Position numbers and translations under genes: made by a program. Shown here in pieces: positions 35,768 to 45,476 of a stretch of DNA of 64,000 nt. The stretch covers positions 32,001 through 96,000 of the forward strand of contig OY970218.1 of the NCBI GenBank assembly GCA_963713975.1, read 5' to 3'. The notes under the pieces were generated by a model that had not been told where the DNA came from, ran no database searches, and was given only the letters and a program-made list of their open reading frames with translations. Source of the stretch: an uncultured Chloroflexia bacterium (GTDB lineage: Bacteria > Chloroflexota > Limnocylindria > Limnocylindrales > CSP1-4). The stretch's first letter is position 1. The number at the start of each line of letters is the position of its first letter.

Positions 35768-36835
35768 TCAGAACCGGATCAGGGCCGCCGCGTTGTCGTG
35801 GTACACGCGTCGCAGCACGTCGTCGGGGAGGTGGAGCCCGTGGATGCGCCAGCGCCCCTGGCTGGGCGGCTCCTCGCCGTCGGCGTCGTATGCGAACGAC
35901 TCGTCGGCGGTCTCCAGGAACCGGTAGTAAACGGACCACCAGGCGGGGTCCGGAGCCATGTCCGTGCCAAACAGGATGCGGTCCGCCCAGCGAGTGATGA
36001 AGGCGCGCGAGGCGTATGGCTGGCGGCCCAGCTCGGCGATCCGGGCGGCCAGGTCCACGCGGAAGTTCGGCGCCCGCTCCAGGATCCTTGAGACCCGCCC
36101 GAGGTCCTCCGCGGCGCAGCCGACGTGGGCGCCGATAAAGGTGGTCCTCGGGTGCCGGATGACGACCGCCTCGAGCCCGTCGATGATCTCGTCGAATGGG
36201 GGAAACCCGTCCAGCTCAGGGCGTCTGGCCGGGCGGGTGGGCCAGAAGTGCCAGTCGGGGTGGGCGTGAAGCTCCTCCCATCGCTCGTTCCGGGGGTCGA
36301 GGGGCTCGAAGAAGGCCACCGGGTCCGCCACGTGGATCGTCACCGGGACGCCCAGCTCCCCCGCCGTCGCCCACAGCACGTCGAGCCGGCCATCGTCGAC
36401 GGCGACGAGCCGGCCCCGCGGGTCCCGCGCCCGCAGGCCAAGCAGCTTCCACACCTTCAGGCCCCGGGCACCGGCCGCCACACCATCCCGCAGCCGGGCC
36501 GCCTCGGTCACACCGAACTCCGGATCGACCGCCCAGCGCCCGTAGTCGAGCCCCGCGAACACCGCCACCCTGCCTGGCAGCGCAGCCTGCCAGCGGTCGA
36601 TCTCGCGGAGCAGCGAGTCCCCCCAGCCGCCGTCGAGGTCGACGATGCGTTCGACGCCCGCGCTGTCGAGGACTGCGGCCAGCTCGTCCGCGGACCGGGT
36701 CGCCCAGTCCCCGCCGAACGGCAGGCCGAGGTGGTTGTGGGCGTCGATGACCGGAAACCGCGGCCGCGCCACCTCGTGGGTGGCGACCCGGAGCGCCTGC
36801 CGCGGCCGGTAGTCCTCGAGCGCCAGGCGGTCCAC
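35768..36835 (-). CDS. Amidohydrolase family protein (amidohydro_2-like)
   Basis: IDAHNH, GLKVWK, IHVADP, GAHVG, RILFGTD, YHDNA. Confidence 0.88.
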   Translation of the reverse strand: MDRLALEDYRPRQALRVATHEVARPRFPVIDAHNHLGLPFGGDWATRSADELAAVLDSAGVERIVDLDGGWGDSLLREIDRWQAALPGRVAVFAGLDYGRWAVDPEFGVTEAARLRDGVAAGARGLKVWKLLGLRARDPRGRLVAVDDGRLDVLWATAGELGVPVTIHVADPVAFFEPLDPRNERWEELHAHPDWHFWPTRPARRPELDGFPPFDEIIDGLEAVVIRHPRTTFIGAHVGCAAEDLGRVSRILERAPNFRVDLAARIAELGRQPYASRAFITRWADRILFGTDMAPDPAWWSVYYRFLETADESFAYDADGEEPPSQGRWRIHGLHLPDDVLRRVYHDNAAALIRF

Positions 36836-36842
36836 AGTCGCC

Positions 36843-37754
36843 TCAGCCCTTCAGCCCGGTCAGGGCGATGCCTCGGACGAAGTACTTCTGGGCGATCACG
36901 AACAGCGTCACCATCGGCACGAGGCTCACCATCGCCCCGGCCATCATCTCCGGCCACTTGCCCACGTACTGGCCCTGGAAGAACGCCAGGCCCACCGTCG
37001 TCGTGTACTGGTCCAGGTCGCGGAGGTAGATCAGCGGGATGAGCAGGTCGTTCCACGACCACATGAAGATGAAGATCGCGAGCGTGGCCAGGGCCGGGCG
37101 CGCCAGCGGGATGTACACGTGGCGGTAGATCTGCCACGGGTTCGCGCCATCGACCCGCGCCGCGTCCGCGAGCTCGGTGGGGATGGCGAGGAAGAACTGG
37201 CGGAGCAGGAAGATCCCGAAGGCGCCGCCCAGGAACGATGCGAGCCACAAGGGCTCCTGGGTGCCGATGAAGTTGCCCGAGTCGCTGAACGGGTTGGGCA
37301 GCGTCCTCCACAGGATGAAGTTGGGCACCAGCACGACCTGGAAGGGGATGATCAGGGTGGCCATCAGGACCCCGAACAGGAAGTTCCGCCCGCGGAACGG
37401 GATCACCGCGAAGGCAAACGCCGCCAGCGAGCAGGCGAACAGCTCGCCGATGGTGTTGAGACCGGCGATCTTGAGCGAGTTGAGGAAGAACGTCCCGAAC
37501 GTCACATCGCCGAAGGCGTTCCACATCCGCTCATAGTTCTCCCAGTGCGGCCCGGTGGGCAGCGAGAGCGGCGGGGCAGCGAAGACCTCCGCCCGCGTCT
37601 TGAGCGACGTCAGGAGCATCCAGAAGAACGGGATCATCATCAGCAGGCCGCCCACGATGAGCGTCACGTACGCGGCGACACGACCGGCGATGAAGCGCGA
37701 TCGGCTGCGCCGGTACGGCGTGTGAGACGGCGCGGGGAGCGGCGTGGCGCTCAT
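36843..37754 (-). CDS. Carbohydrate ABC transporter permease (MalG-like)
   Basis: LLRQFF..IPTELADAARVDGA EAA loop; WND; QKYFVRGI. Confidence 0.93.
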   Translation of the reverse strand: MSATPLPAPSHTPYRRSRSRFIAGRVAAYVTLIVGGLLMMIPFFWMLLTSLKTRAEVFAAPPLSLPTGPHWENYERMWNAFGDVTFGTFFLNSLKIAGLNTIGELFACSLAAFAFAVIPFRGRNFLFGVLMATLIIPFQVVLVPNFILWRTLPNPFSDSGNFIGTQEPLWLASFLGGAFGIFLLRQFFLAIPTELADAARVDGANPWQIYRHVYIPLARPALATLAIFIFMWSWNDLLIPLIYLRDLDQYTTTVGLAFFQGQYVGKWPEMMAGAMVSLVPMVTLFVIAQKYFVRGIALTGLKG

Positions 37755-37764
37755 CGTCCGCGCC

Positions 37765-38730
37765 TCACTGGTAGTGCACCCAGCGCCGCTGCGAGCGGAA
37801 GTACCCCAGCATCAGGACGGCCACGATCAGGAACAGGACCCACGAGGCAGCGCTCGCGTAGCCCATCTTGAAGTTGCGGAAGCCGTTCTCGTAGATGAAG
37901 TAGACCATCGTGATGGTCGCGTCGGTGGGCTTGCCGGGCCGGGACAGGACGAAGACCTGGTCGAACACCTGGAAGGCGCCGATCAGGCTCAGGATCCCGG
38001 TGAAGAACAGGCTCGGCGTGAGCAGCGGCAACGTGACGTGCCGGAAGCGCCCGGGCCGGCCGGCGCCGTCGACGCTGGCCGCGTCGTAGTAGTCACCCGG
38101 GATCGCCTGGAGGCCGGCAAGGAAGATGATGGTGTTGGCGGGCAGCCCCTGCCAGATCGACATCGCGATGATCGAGGGCATCGCCCAGAACGGGTCCGAG
38201 ATCCATTTCTGGGGCGGGAGGCCCAGCGTGATGAGCAGCTGGTTGAGGAGGCCGCTGGTCGGGCTGTAGATCCAGGCCCAGACGAGGCCGACCGCGATGG
38301 CCGACGTGACCAGCGGTAGGAAGTACATCGTCCGGATCCACGAGATCCCCCTGATGGCCTGGTTGAGCGCGAGGGCGAGGCCGAGCGACAGGGCCATCCC
38401 GAGTGGCACGGAGACCAGGGTGTAGAAGGTCGTGTTGCGCAGCGCCATCAGGAACCGCTTGTCATCGACCAGCTTCAGGTAGTTCTCCAGGCCGACGAGC
38501 TCGGGCGGCCGCAGCAGGTCCCAGCTCGTGAAGCTGATCCCGAGCGTCGCGAGGATCGGTCCGGCGGAGAAGAACGCCAGGCCCAGCACCATCGGCGTGA
38601 CGAACAGCCATGCCCACCGTTCGTCGCGCGCCCGGGGACCGCGGCGCTGTGGAGCACCGCCGCGGTCCCGAGTGAAGCGCATGCCGATCCAGCCCGAACC
38701 GTACGACCGGCGCCCAGGCACGTTGCTCAC
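37765..38730 (-). CDS. Carbohydrate ABC transporter permease (MalF-like); alternative start at 38682
   Basis: VGLENY, LAGLQAIP..YYDAASVDGA, MGYASA. Confidence 0.93.
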   Translation of the reverse strand: MSNVPGRRSYGSGWIGMRFTRDRGGAPQRRGPRARDERWAWLFVTPMVLGLAFFSAGPILATLGISFTSWDLLRPPELVGLENYLKLVDDKRFLMALRNTTFYTLVSVPLGMALSLGLALALNQAIRGISWIRTMYFLPLVTSAIAVGLVWAWIYSPTSGLLNQLLITLGLPPQKWISDPFWAMPSIIAMSIWQGLPANTIIFLAGLQAIPGDYYDAASVDGAGRPGRFRHVTLPLLTPSLFFTGILSLIGAFQVFDQVFVLSRPGKPTDATITMVYFIYENGFRNFKMGYASAASWVLFLIVAVLMLGYFRSQRRWVHYQ

Positions 38731-38770
38731 GGCTTGCCCTCGAGCACGATCGTTGCCCAGGCCGCCGACG

Positions 38771-40144
38771 CTACGGCTGGTTGGCCGCGAGGATGCTGTT
38801 CAGCTCGTCGTTGACGGACGCGAGCGCCTCGGCCGCGGTCTTGTTGGGGGCGTTGAACACGTCCGCGTCGAGCTCGGTCTGGAGGATCGTGTTGAACTCG
38901 TTGTAGCCCGGGAAGGCCGGCTTGAGATGGGCGAAGGCGAGTGAGTCCGCGAACACCTGGGCGCCGTCGAACGACGACGGGTAGGTGGTCGCGAGGATCT
39001 CCTTGTTCACCGGCACCGAGGCCTTGAGGGCCATGATCTTCTCCTGCGCCTCAGGGCTGGCGAGGTACTTCGTGAGCAGCCACGACGCCTCGGGGGCCTT
39101 CGTGCCGGAGTACACGACGGCGCCGGTCGGGTTGACCGAGGTCGCCTTGCCGGCCGCGCCGGCGGGGAGCGGTGCGATGCCCAGGTTGATGCCGGCCGCC
39201 TCGTGGGTCGGGACCAGCCAGGAGCCGTTGATCTCCATGGCCGCCACCTGCTGCTCGAAGGCGTCACCCGTCTCGGCGAAGATCGCCGGATCGGGAACGA
39301 TCTTGTCCTTCCAGATCAGGTCCTGCAGGAACTGGATCCCGGCCGCGGATTCGGGCCGGTCCAGCGCGGACTTCGTCCCGTCCTCGGTGATGATGTCGCC
39401 ACCGGCCTGCCACACGAACGACGACCAGGCGTTCTCCATGTCGGTCGTCTCGGTGTACATGCCCCACTGGTCGATGGTGCCGTCGCCGTTGGTGTCCTTG
39501 GTCAGCTGCTTGCCCACCTCGACCAGCTTGTCCCAGGTCCAGGTGTCGTCCGGGTAGGCGATGCCGGCCGCATCGAACATGTCCTTGTTGTAGAAGAGCG
39601 CGATCACGTTGAGATCACGAGGCAGGCCGAACACGACGCCGTCCTTGGTGGTGAAGTCCTTGACCGAGTTGTCGTCAAGCTGGCCGAGGTCGTAGCCCTC
39701 GGCCTCGATGTACGGGGTCAGGTCGAGCAGCACGTCGCGGGTCTGGTAGTCGGGTCCCAGCGGGCCGTCCATGGCAAAGACGTCGGGTGCCGCTCCGCCC
39801 GCAAGGCCGGTCTGGAGCTTGTCCCAGTAGGCGTCCCAGTCGGCCACCGTCACGTCCACCGTGATGTTGGGGTTCGCCGCGGTGAAGCCCTCGACGACGG
39901 CCTTCTGGCTGTTGATCTCGGCCGGGTCGCCCCAGATCGCGTACTCGATCGTCACGGGCGGGCCGGAATAGCCGGAATCCGTGCCGGGCTCGCCCGACAC
40001 CGCGGGAGCGGTGGTCCCCGCCCCGGCGGTCGCCGGCGCGGGCGAGGTGGTCGTCGTGCCGCCACAGGCACCGGCCACGAGGGCCAGTCCTGCGACGGCG
40101 ACGGCGACGTTGCGCCACCGTCCCAGTCGATTGGTCGCGAGCAT
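38771..40144 (-). CDS. Sugar ABC transporter substrate-binding lipoprotein
   Basis: Lipobox LVAGAC, APDVF, LFYNKDMFD, WTWD; AGGAGGAGG SD. Confidence 0.92.
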   Translation of the reverse strand: MLATNRLGRWRNVAVAVAGLALVAGACGGTTTTSPAPATAGAGTTAPAVSGEPGTDSGYSGPPVTIEYAIWGDPAEINSQKAVVEGFTAANPNITVDVTVADWDAYWDKLQTGLAGGAAPDVFAMDGPLGPDYQTRDVLLDLTPYIEAEGYDLGQLDDNSVKDFTTKDGVVFGLPRDLNVIALFYNKDMFDAAGIAYPDDTWTWDKLVEVGKQLTKDTNGDGTIDQWGMYTETTDMENAWSSFVWQAGGDIITEDGTKSALDRPESAAGIQFLQDLIWKDKIVPDPAIFAETGDAFEQQVAAMEINGSWLVPTHEAAGINLGIAPLPAGAAGKATSVNPTGAVVYSGTKAPEASWLLTKYLASPEAQEKIMALKASVPVNKEILATTYPSSFDGAQVFADSLAFAHLKPAFPGYNEFNTILQTELDADVFNAPNKTAAEALASVNDELNSILAANQP

Positions 40145-40164
40145 CCTGGTCCTCCTCCTGCGGC

Positions 40165-41502
40165 TCATTCGAGCCAGTCCGGTGCCGAGCCACCGAGCCA
40201 GCCGGGAAGCCATTCCTCCTCGGCCTCGATGAGCTCGTCGGTGAGCTGCCAGGCCTGGTCGAGCGTGAGGCTGGCCTGGACGATGGGATCGGTGAGCACG
40301 GCGTGATAGACGAGGTCCCGGTCCTCGTCGAGGGCCGCGCGGACGGTGAGCTCCTGGCAGTCGACCGCGGGCCGGGTGTACGCCGCGCATTGCGGCGGGA
40401 GGGCGGCGAGCGCGGTGGGATGGACGCCCATGCCGTCGACCAGTGCCGGCACCTCCACGCACGCGTCCGCGGCGAGGTTCGGGATCAGGGCGGCACCGGT
40501 GGCGGGACCGCCTGGTCCGAAGTTCATGACGTTGGCGACGATGCGACTCGGGTCGCCCGTCGTCATCGAGTTGATGATCACCGAGGCGTACTCGCCGCTG
40601 CGCTCGATCTCGAAGCCGTCGCCGGCGTCGAGGCCGCGCTTGGTCGCCTCGTACTCGTCGAGGTTGTGGGCGACCCGCGAGAGGTACTCGCCGATCGGCA
40701 CGTGGAAGGGCTCGACCTGGCCCTTGGGGATGAACCACGGGTTGTACTCGGCGTGGTGCTCCGACGACTCCGTCGGGTACCAGCCGAAGCGGCGGTAGAT
40801 GTCCGCCCGCACGAGGTCGTCCTCGGGCACACGACCCGCCGCGACGAACTCCTCGAGGTCCGGATAGAGGTCGCGGCCGCGGTGCTCGAGGCGCAGGATC
40901 CAGGCGAGGTGGTTCACCCCGCCGGACAGCGCGTCCACCTCGGCCACCGGCACGCCGAGGTATCCCGCGAGCCGGTCGACCGTCCAGTAGACGGAGTGGC
41001 AGAGGCCAACCGTTGGAACGCCGAGCGCCTCGTCGACCGCCCTGACGAGCATGCCCATCGGGTTCGTGTAGTTGAGGAACAGCGCGTCGGGGCAGACGTC
41101 CGCCATGTCTGCGGCGATCCCGAGCACGACGGGGATCGTGCGCAGGCCCCGGAGCACGCCACCGACGTTGATCGTGTCGTTGATGGTGTAGCGCAGCCCG
41201 TAGCGGGCCGGGATGTCGAAGTCGACCTGGGTCGCGCGGGAACCCCCGACCTGGATCGTGTTGATCACGTAGTCCGCGTCCTCGAGGGCGGCTCGCCGGT
41301 CGAGGTGGCCCGTGATGGTCGGCGCCGCCCCGAGGGCGTCCGCCGTCCAGGCGGCCATGCGCTCCGCCGTGCGCAGCCGGTCCGCATCGATGTCGTGGAG
41401 GACGAGGTCCGCGTCACGCAGGGCCGGGAAGGACAGGATGTCGCCCAGCAGGTTGCGGGTGAACTCGACGCTGCCCGCGCCCACGAGAACGATCCTGGTC
41501 AT
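40165..41502 (-). CDS. Glycoside hydrolase family 4, alpha-galactosidase (MelA-like)
   Basis: GAGSVEF, QVGG, NYTNPM, GLCHSV, GVNH, TESSEHHAEY, VEVP. Confidence 0.88.
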   Translation of the reverse strand: MTRIVLVGAGSVEFTRNLLGDILSFPALRDADLVLHDIDADRLRTAERMAAWTADALGAAPTITGHLDRRAALEDADYVINTIQVGGSRATQVDFDIPARYGLRYTINDTINVGGVLRGLRTIPVVLGIAADMADVCPDALFLNYTNPMGMLVRAVDEALGVPTVGLCHSVYWTVDRLAGYLGVPVAEVDALSGGVNHLAWILRLEHRGRDLYPDLEEFVAAGRVPEDDLVRADIYRRFGWYPTESSEHHAEYNPWFIPKGQVEPFHVPIGEYLSRVAHNLDEYEATKRGLDAGDGFEIERSGEYASVIINSMTTGDPSRIVANVMNFGPGGPATGAALIPNLAADACVEVPALVDGMGVHPTALAALPPQCAAYTRPAVDCQELTVRAALDEDRDLVYHAVLTDPIVQASLTLDQAWQLTDELIEAEEEWLPGWLGGSAPDWLE

Positions 41503-42590
41503 GACGTGCCCTCCGTGCCGGCTCCGAGGATGTGCCTGAGTCCCTGGCTGTGATACCGCTCGATCCAGCCCGGGTTGTCCGGGTTGGCGCCGCGGAGACG
41601 GGCGAGGACGAACGCCAGCAGGGCGACCGGCGGCACGGCGCTCAGCGGGGCTTGGTCCTCGGCAGCATCGTGCGGGAGGGGCAGCAGCACCGATGACGGG
41701 ACGAGTCGCGCCGGTCCCACCTCGATGGTCCGGCTCCCCCACTCCGCCGCGTGCGCCAGGAGGTCCGCGATCGCGGGGCGGGCGGGCCCTTCGGGCGCGA
41801 GCGCGATGACCACCGTGTCCGGGCCGAGCATCGTGGCTGCTCCGGAGGTCATCTCCCAGACCTCGGCGCCCTCGGCGTGGACGAGCGCCATCTCCTTGAG
41901 CTTGAGGGCGGCCTCGAGGGCGGCCGGGTAGCCCAGGCCACCCCCTGTCACGAACAGGTGCCGCGCATCCCGGAGCGACTCCGCGAGCGGGCCGACGAGC
42001 GGCTCCGCGGCGGCAATGCCGGCTTCCGCGTCGTCGGCGGCACGCAGGATCTCCTCGATCGGTCCGGCCGCACGTTCCGCGCCCAGCAGCTCCAGCAGCA
42101 GCAGGTCGGTGGCGACGAGAGTGGACGAGAACGTCTTGGTCATGACCGGCACCGTGGACGGGCCACCCGCCGAGAGCACGATGTCCGGGGCGACCCGGGT
42201 CAGCGTCGATCCCGGGACGTGGACGATGCCTGCCATCCGGACCCTGCCCCTGACCTCCTCGGCCACGGCCACGACGTCCTTGAACTCGCCCGACGACGAG
42301 ATGCCGACGATGGCGTCTGACGCGCCGAGGGCCGGCGGGTACGTCAGGAACTCGGCCGAGGTCATGGGGATGACCATCGGATCGTCGGGGGTCGCGTGGT
42401 GGCGGTAGAGCGCGGCCGACGCGAGGCACGAGTGATAGCTGGTGCCGTTGCCGATGACGTGCACACGGCGGATGCCGGCATCGCGCCAGGCGGCGGCAAC
42501 GGCTCGCGCGGCCGGCTGGGCGGTCTCGACCGTCGCGCGGATCGCGGCCGGCCCCTCCCGGATCTCCTTCGGGACGATGCCCTCGATCAT
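41499..42590 (-). CDS. Double-SIS sugar-phosphate isomerase/deaminase (AgaS / GlmS C-terminal / FrlB-like)
   Basis: EIREGP, GNGTSYH, ISSSGE, TKTFS, ALEAALKLKE; no glutaminase domain. Confidence 0.85.
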   Translation of the reverse strand: MIEGIVPKEIREGPAAIRATVETAQPAARAVAAAWRDAGIRRVHVIGNGTSYHSCLASAALYRHHATPDDPMVIPMTSAEFLTYPPALGASDAIVGISSSGEFKDVVAVAEEVRGRVRMAGIVHVPGSTLTRVAPDIVLSAGGPSTVPVMTKTFSSTLVATDLLLLELLGAERAAGPIEEILRAADDAEAGIAAAEPLVGPLAESLRDARHLFVTGGGLGYPAALEAALKLKEMALVHAEGAEVWEMTSGAATMLGPDTVVIALAPEGPARPAIADLLAHAAEWGSRTIEVGPARLVPSSVLLPLPHDAAEDQAPLSAVPPVALLAFVLARLRGANPDNPGWIERYHSQGLRHILGAGTEGTS

Positions 42591-43381
42591 CAGCGGCCCC
42601 CGGCCACGTGGCCCGAACCAACGCCGGGACCGGTGGTGGCAACGATCACCTGGCCCACGCGTTCGCGGACGACGGCCAGCGTCTCGCTGCCCACCGCGTC
42701 GTCGGTCACCAGCACGTCCACCTCCTCCAGGCCGGCCACGAACCCCGGGGCCACCTGCTCGAACTTGGAGGAATCGGCGAGGACCACCACCGAGCGCACC
42801 ATCCGCTGCAGCGCCCGGTCGACCAGGATCTCCGGGACGGAGTCGTTCATGAGGCCCTGCTCCACGCTGATCGCCCCGATCCCCATGAACAGGAGGTCTG
42901 CGCGGAGCTCCTGCGCGGCGAGCTCGGCCAGGTGCCCGAGCATGGAGTGCATCCGGGGCCGCACCACCCCGCCGAGGACGATCAGCTCGATGCCGTCGCG
43001 ATCCAGCAGCACGTTCGCCACGTCGAGCGCATTTGTGATGACGGTCAGGCGGCGGTCGGCAATGGCGCGCGCGAACAGCAGCGCCGTGCTGCCGCTGCCG
43101 ATGACGATCGTGGCCCGGTCCTGCACCAGGGCGGCGGCCGCATGCGCGATCGCCGCCTTTGCCTCGTGCCGTGGATCGGCGCGGCCGGCGGGCGAGAGCC
43201 CATCGGACAGGGCGGCGCCCCCGTAGGTGCGGACCAGGCGCCCATCGCGGGCTAGCCGCTGGAGGTCGCGGCGGATCGTGGACGGCGTCACGTCGAGGTC
43301 CGATGCCAGCTGGGCCACGCTGGCCCGTCCGTCGGCGCGGAGGTGGTCGACCAGGCGCGCGCGACGTTCCGTCTCTCGCAT
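42590..43381 (-). CDS. DeoR/GlpR family transcriptional regulator
   Basis: VTPSTIRRDL HTH, RTYGGA, KAAIA, GSGST, TVITNA, LADSSKF. Confidence 0.93.
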   Translation of the reverse strand: MRETERRARLVDHLRADGRASVAQLASDLDVTPSTIRRDLQRLARDGRLVRTYGGAALSDGLSPAGRADPRHEAKAAIAHAAAALVQDRATIVIGSGSTALLFARAIADRRLTVITNALDVANVLLDRDGIELIVLGGVVRPRMHSMLGHLAELAAQELRADLLFMGIGAISVEQGLMNDSVPEILVDRALQRMVRSVVVLADSSKFEQVAPGFVAGLEEVDVLVTDDAVGSETLAVVRERVGQVIVATTGPGVGSGHVAGGR

Positions 43382-43390
43382 GCGTGCATA

Positions 43391-43461
43391 GTGCGCATTC
43401 GCTGCTCGCTTTGTCAACTCTGTTGCGCGTTGTGCGCATCGATCGCCGATCCCGTGCGCAT
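43391..43461. promoter_or_regulatory. Three GTGCGCAT boxes (candidate DeoR operators) among divergent promoters
   Basis: GTGCGCAT at 43391, 43432 and 43454; TTGACA-N18-CACTAT (minus, deoR) and TTGCAG-N17-TACGAT (plus, aldolase). Confidence 0.6.
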
Positions 43462-43500
43462 AACTTGCAGCCCGTTGGTCCACGGCCTACGATGCGTCCG

Positions 43501-44469
43501 ATGGCCTACCTGCTCGGAACCCTCCGCGGCCTCGACGCCTGCAGCTCGCCGGCCGGCACGTTCACCGTGCTCGCGCTCGACCACCGGCAGAACCTCCGCA
43601 AGGAGCTGCGACCCGCGGATCCGTCCTCCGTGACCGAGACCGAGATGGTGGAGTTCAAGCGCGCCGTGGTGCGCTCGCTCGGGACGACCGGGACCGGAAT
43701 GCTGCTCGATCCGGAGATCGGGGTGGCGCCCGCGATCGCCGATGGGTCACTGCCCGGACGCGCCGGGCTGATCGTCGCCGTGGAGGCCACCGGCTTCGAG
43801 GGCCCGCGGACGGCCCGCGTCAGTCGGGTCCTGCCCGGCTGGGGGATCGAGCAGATCAAGCGACTGGGCGCCTCCGCCGCGAAGCTCCTCGTCTACTACC
43901 ACCCGGACGCTCCAAACGCCGCGGACCAGGAGCGGCTGGTGGCGGACGTCGCGCAGGCGTGCCAGGCCGCGGACCTCGCCCTGTTCCTGGAGCCGCTGTC
44001 CTTCGGCCTCGACGGCAGCCGGCTGACCGGAGAGGCGCGGCGCCGGATCGTGATCGAGACCGCGCGCCGCCTGACCCCGCTCGGGTGCGACATCCTCAAG
44101 GCCGAGTTCCCGTACGACGCGCCGGTGACCGACACGGCCGCCTGGAGTGACGCCTGTGCGGAGCTCGACGCGGCGACCCGGGTCCCGTGGGTGCTGCTGT
44201 CGGGGGGCGTCGACGACGCCACGTTCGAGCGACAGGTCCACGTCGCATGCCGGGCTGGCGCGAGCGGCGTGCTCGTCGGCCGATCGGTGTGGGCCGAGGC
44301 CGCCCAGCTGGACCCGGAGGAGCGCGCCGCGTTCCTGGACTCGACGGGCCGTGGGCGCCTGGCCCGCCTCGTGTCCCTCGTGGACGAGGTCGCGGCCCCG
44401 TGGCGTCCGCGCTGGATCGCGGCGCGCCGGCCCGAGGCGCCCGGGCACGGCTGGTACGAGCGGTACTGA
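43501..44469 (+). CDS. Class I tagatose-1,6-bisphosphate aldolase (LacD/YihT family)
   Basis: LALDHRQNL, LLDPEIG, AKLLVYY, FLEPL, DILKAEFP, PWVLLSGG, GASGVLVGRSVW. Confidence 0.85.
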   Translation: MAYLLGTLRGLDACSSPAGTFTVLALDHRQNLRKELRPADPSSVTETEMVEFKRAVVRSLGTTGTGMLLDPEIGVAPAIADGSLPGRAGLIVAVEATGFEGPRTARVSRVLPGWGIEQIKRLGASAAKLLVYYHPDAPNAADQERLVADVAQACQAADLALFLEPLSFGLDGSRLTGEARRRIVIETARRLTPLGCDILKAEFPYDAPVTDTAAWSDACAELDAATRVPWVLLSGGVDDATFERQVHVACRAGASGVLVGRSVWAEAAQLDPEERAAFLDSTGRGRLARLVSLVDEVAAPWRPRWIAARRPEAPGHGWYERY

Positions 44470-44471
44470 GC

Positions 44472-45476
44472 GTGACGGCGCCTGGCACCGCCCGCCGTCG
44501 CGACATCGACGTGCTGGTCGTGGGCGAGATCAACCCGGACCTCGTGGTGTCCGACCCGGATCCGCGACCCGTGTTCGGCCAGGCCGAGCGGATCGTGGAG
44601 ACCATCCGCCTGTCGATCGGGAGCTCGTCCGCGATCACGGCGTGTGGGATGGCCAGGCTGGGCCTGCGCGTGGCGATGGTCGGCGTCGTGGGCGATGACG
44701 CGCTCGGACGGTTCATGCTCGACGCGCTCGCCGCCCGGGACGTCGACGTCTCGGCCTGCCGGGTCGATGCCGGTCGACCGACCGGCGCGTCGGTCATCCT
44801 GGGAAACGGCACGGATCGCGCGATCCTGACAGCCACGGGAACGATCGCCGATGTCCGGGCCGCGGACGTTCCGCCCGCCCTCCTGGCGAGAGCCCGCCAT
44901 CTCCACGTCGGCAGCTTCTTCCTCCAGCCGTCGCTCGCCGCCGAGGTTCCGGCGCTGTTCCTTGCCGGGCGCGCGGCCGGCCTGACGACGAGTCTGGACC
45001 CGAACTGGGATCCGTCGGGTGCGTGGGACGGCGCATTTGCCGCGGCCGCTGCGGAGACCGATGTCCTCCTGCCCAACGCGGCCGAGGCATCCTGGCTCAC
45101 GGGCCAGGCGCAGCCGGAGTCGGCGGGACGCAGGCTCGCGAGCGCCGCCGGCAGGTTCGGCGATGACGCCACGTCCGGGAAGGCGGTCCGGACGGTCGCG
45201 GTGAAGCTGGGGCCCGATGGGGCACTCGGCATCGCGCCCGGTGGTGACGTGGTGCGGGTCGCCGCCCTGCCCGTGGCCCCCGTGGACACCACGGGTGCAG
45301 GCGACTCGTTCGACGCAGGGTTCCTGGCAGCATGGATGGACGGCCGCACGCTCACCGAGACGCTGCGCTTCGCCGTTGCCTGCGGCTCGCTCTCCACGCG
45401 CTCGATCGGCGGCACCGAGGGCCAGCCCACGCTCGACGAGGTCCAGGCCGCGCTGGCCGGGTGGGTCACCGCATGA
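44472..45476 (+). CDS. PfkB family carbohydrate kinase
   Basis: GSSSAITA..ARLG, VGDDALG, LDPN, LLPNAAEA, VKLG, DTTGAGDSF. Confidence 0.9.
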   Translation: MTAPGTARRRDIDVLVVGEINPDLVVSDPDPRPVFGQAERIVETIRLSIGSSSAITACGMARLGLRVAMVGVVGDDALGRFMLDALAARDVDVSACRVDAGRPTGASVILGNGTDRAILTATGTIADVRAADVPPALLARARHLHVGSFFLQPSLAAEVPALFLAGRAAGLTTSLDPNWDPSGAWDGAFAAAAAETDVLLPNAAEASWLTGQAQPESAGRRLASAAGRFGDDATSGKAVRTVAVKLGPDGALGIAPGGDVVRVAALPVAPVDTTGAGDSFDAGFLAAWMDGRTLTETLRFAVACGSLSTRSIGGTEGQPTLDEVQAALAGWVTA

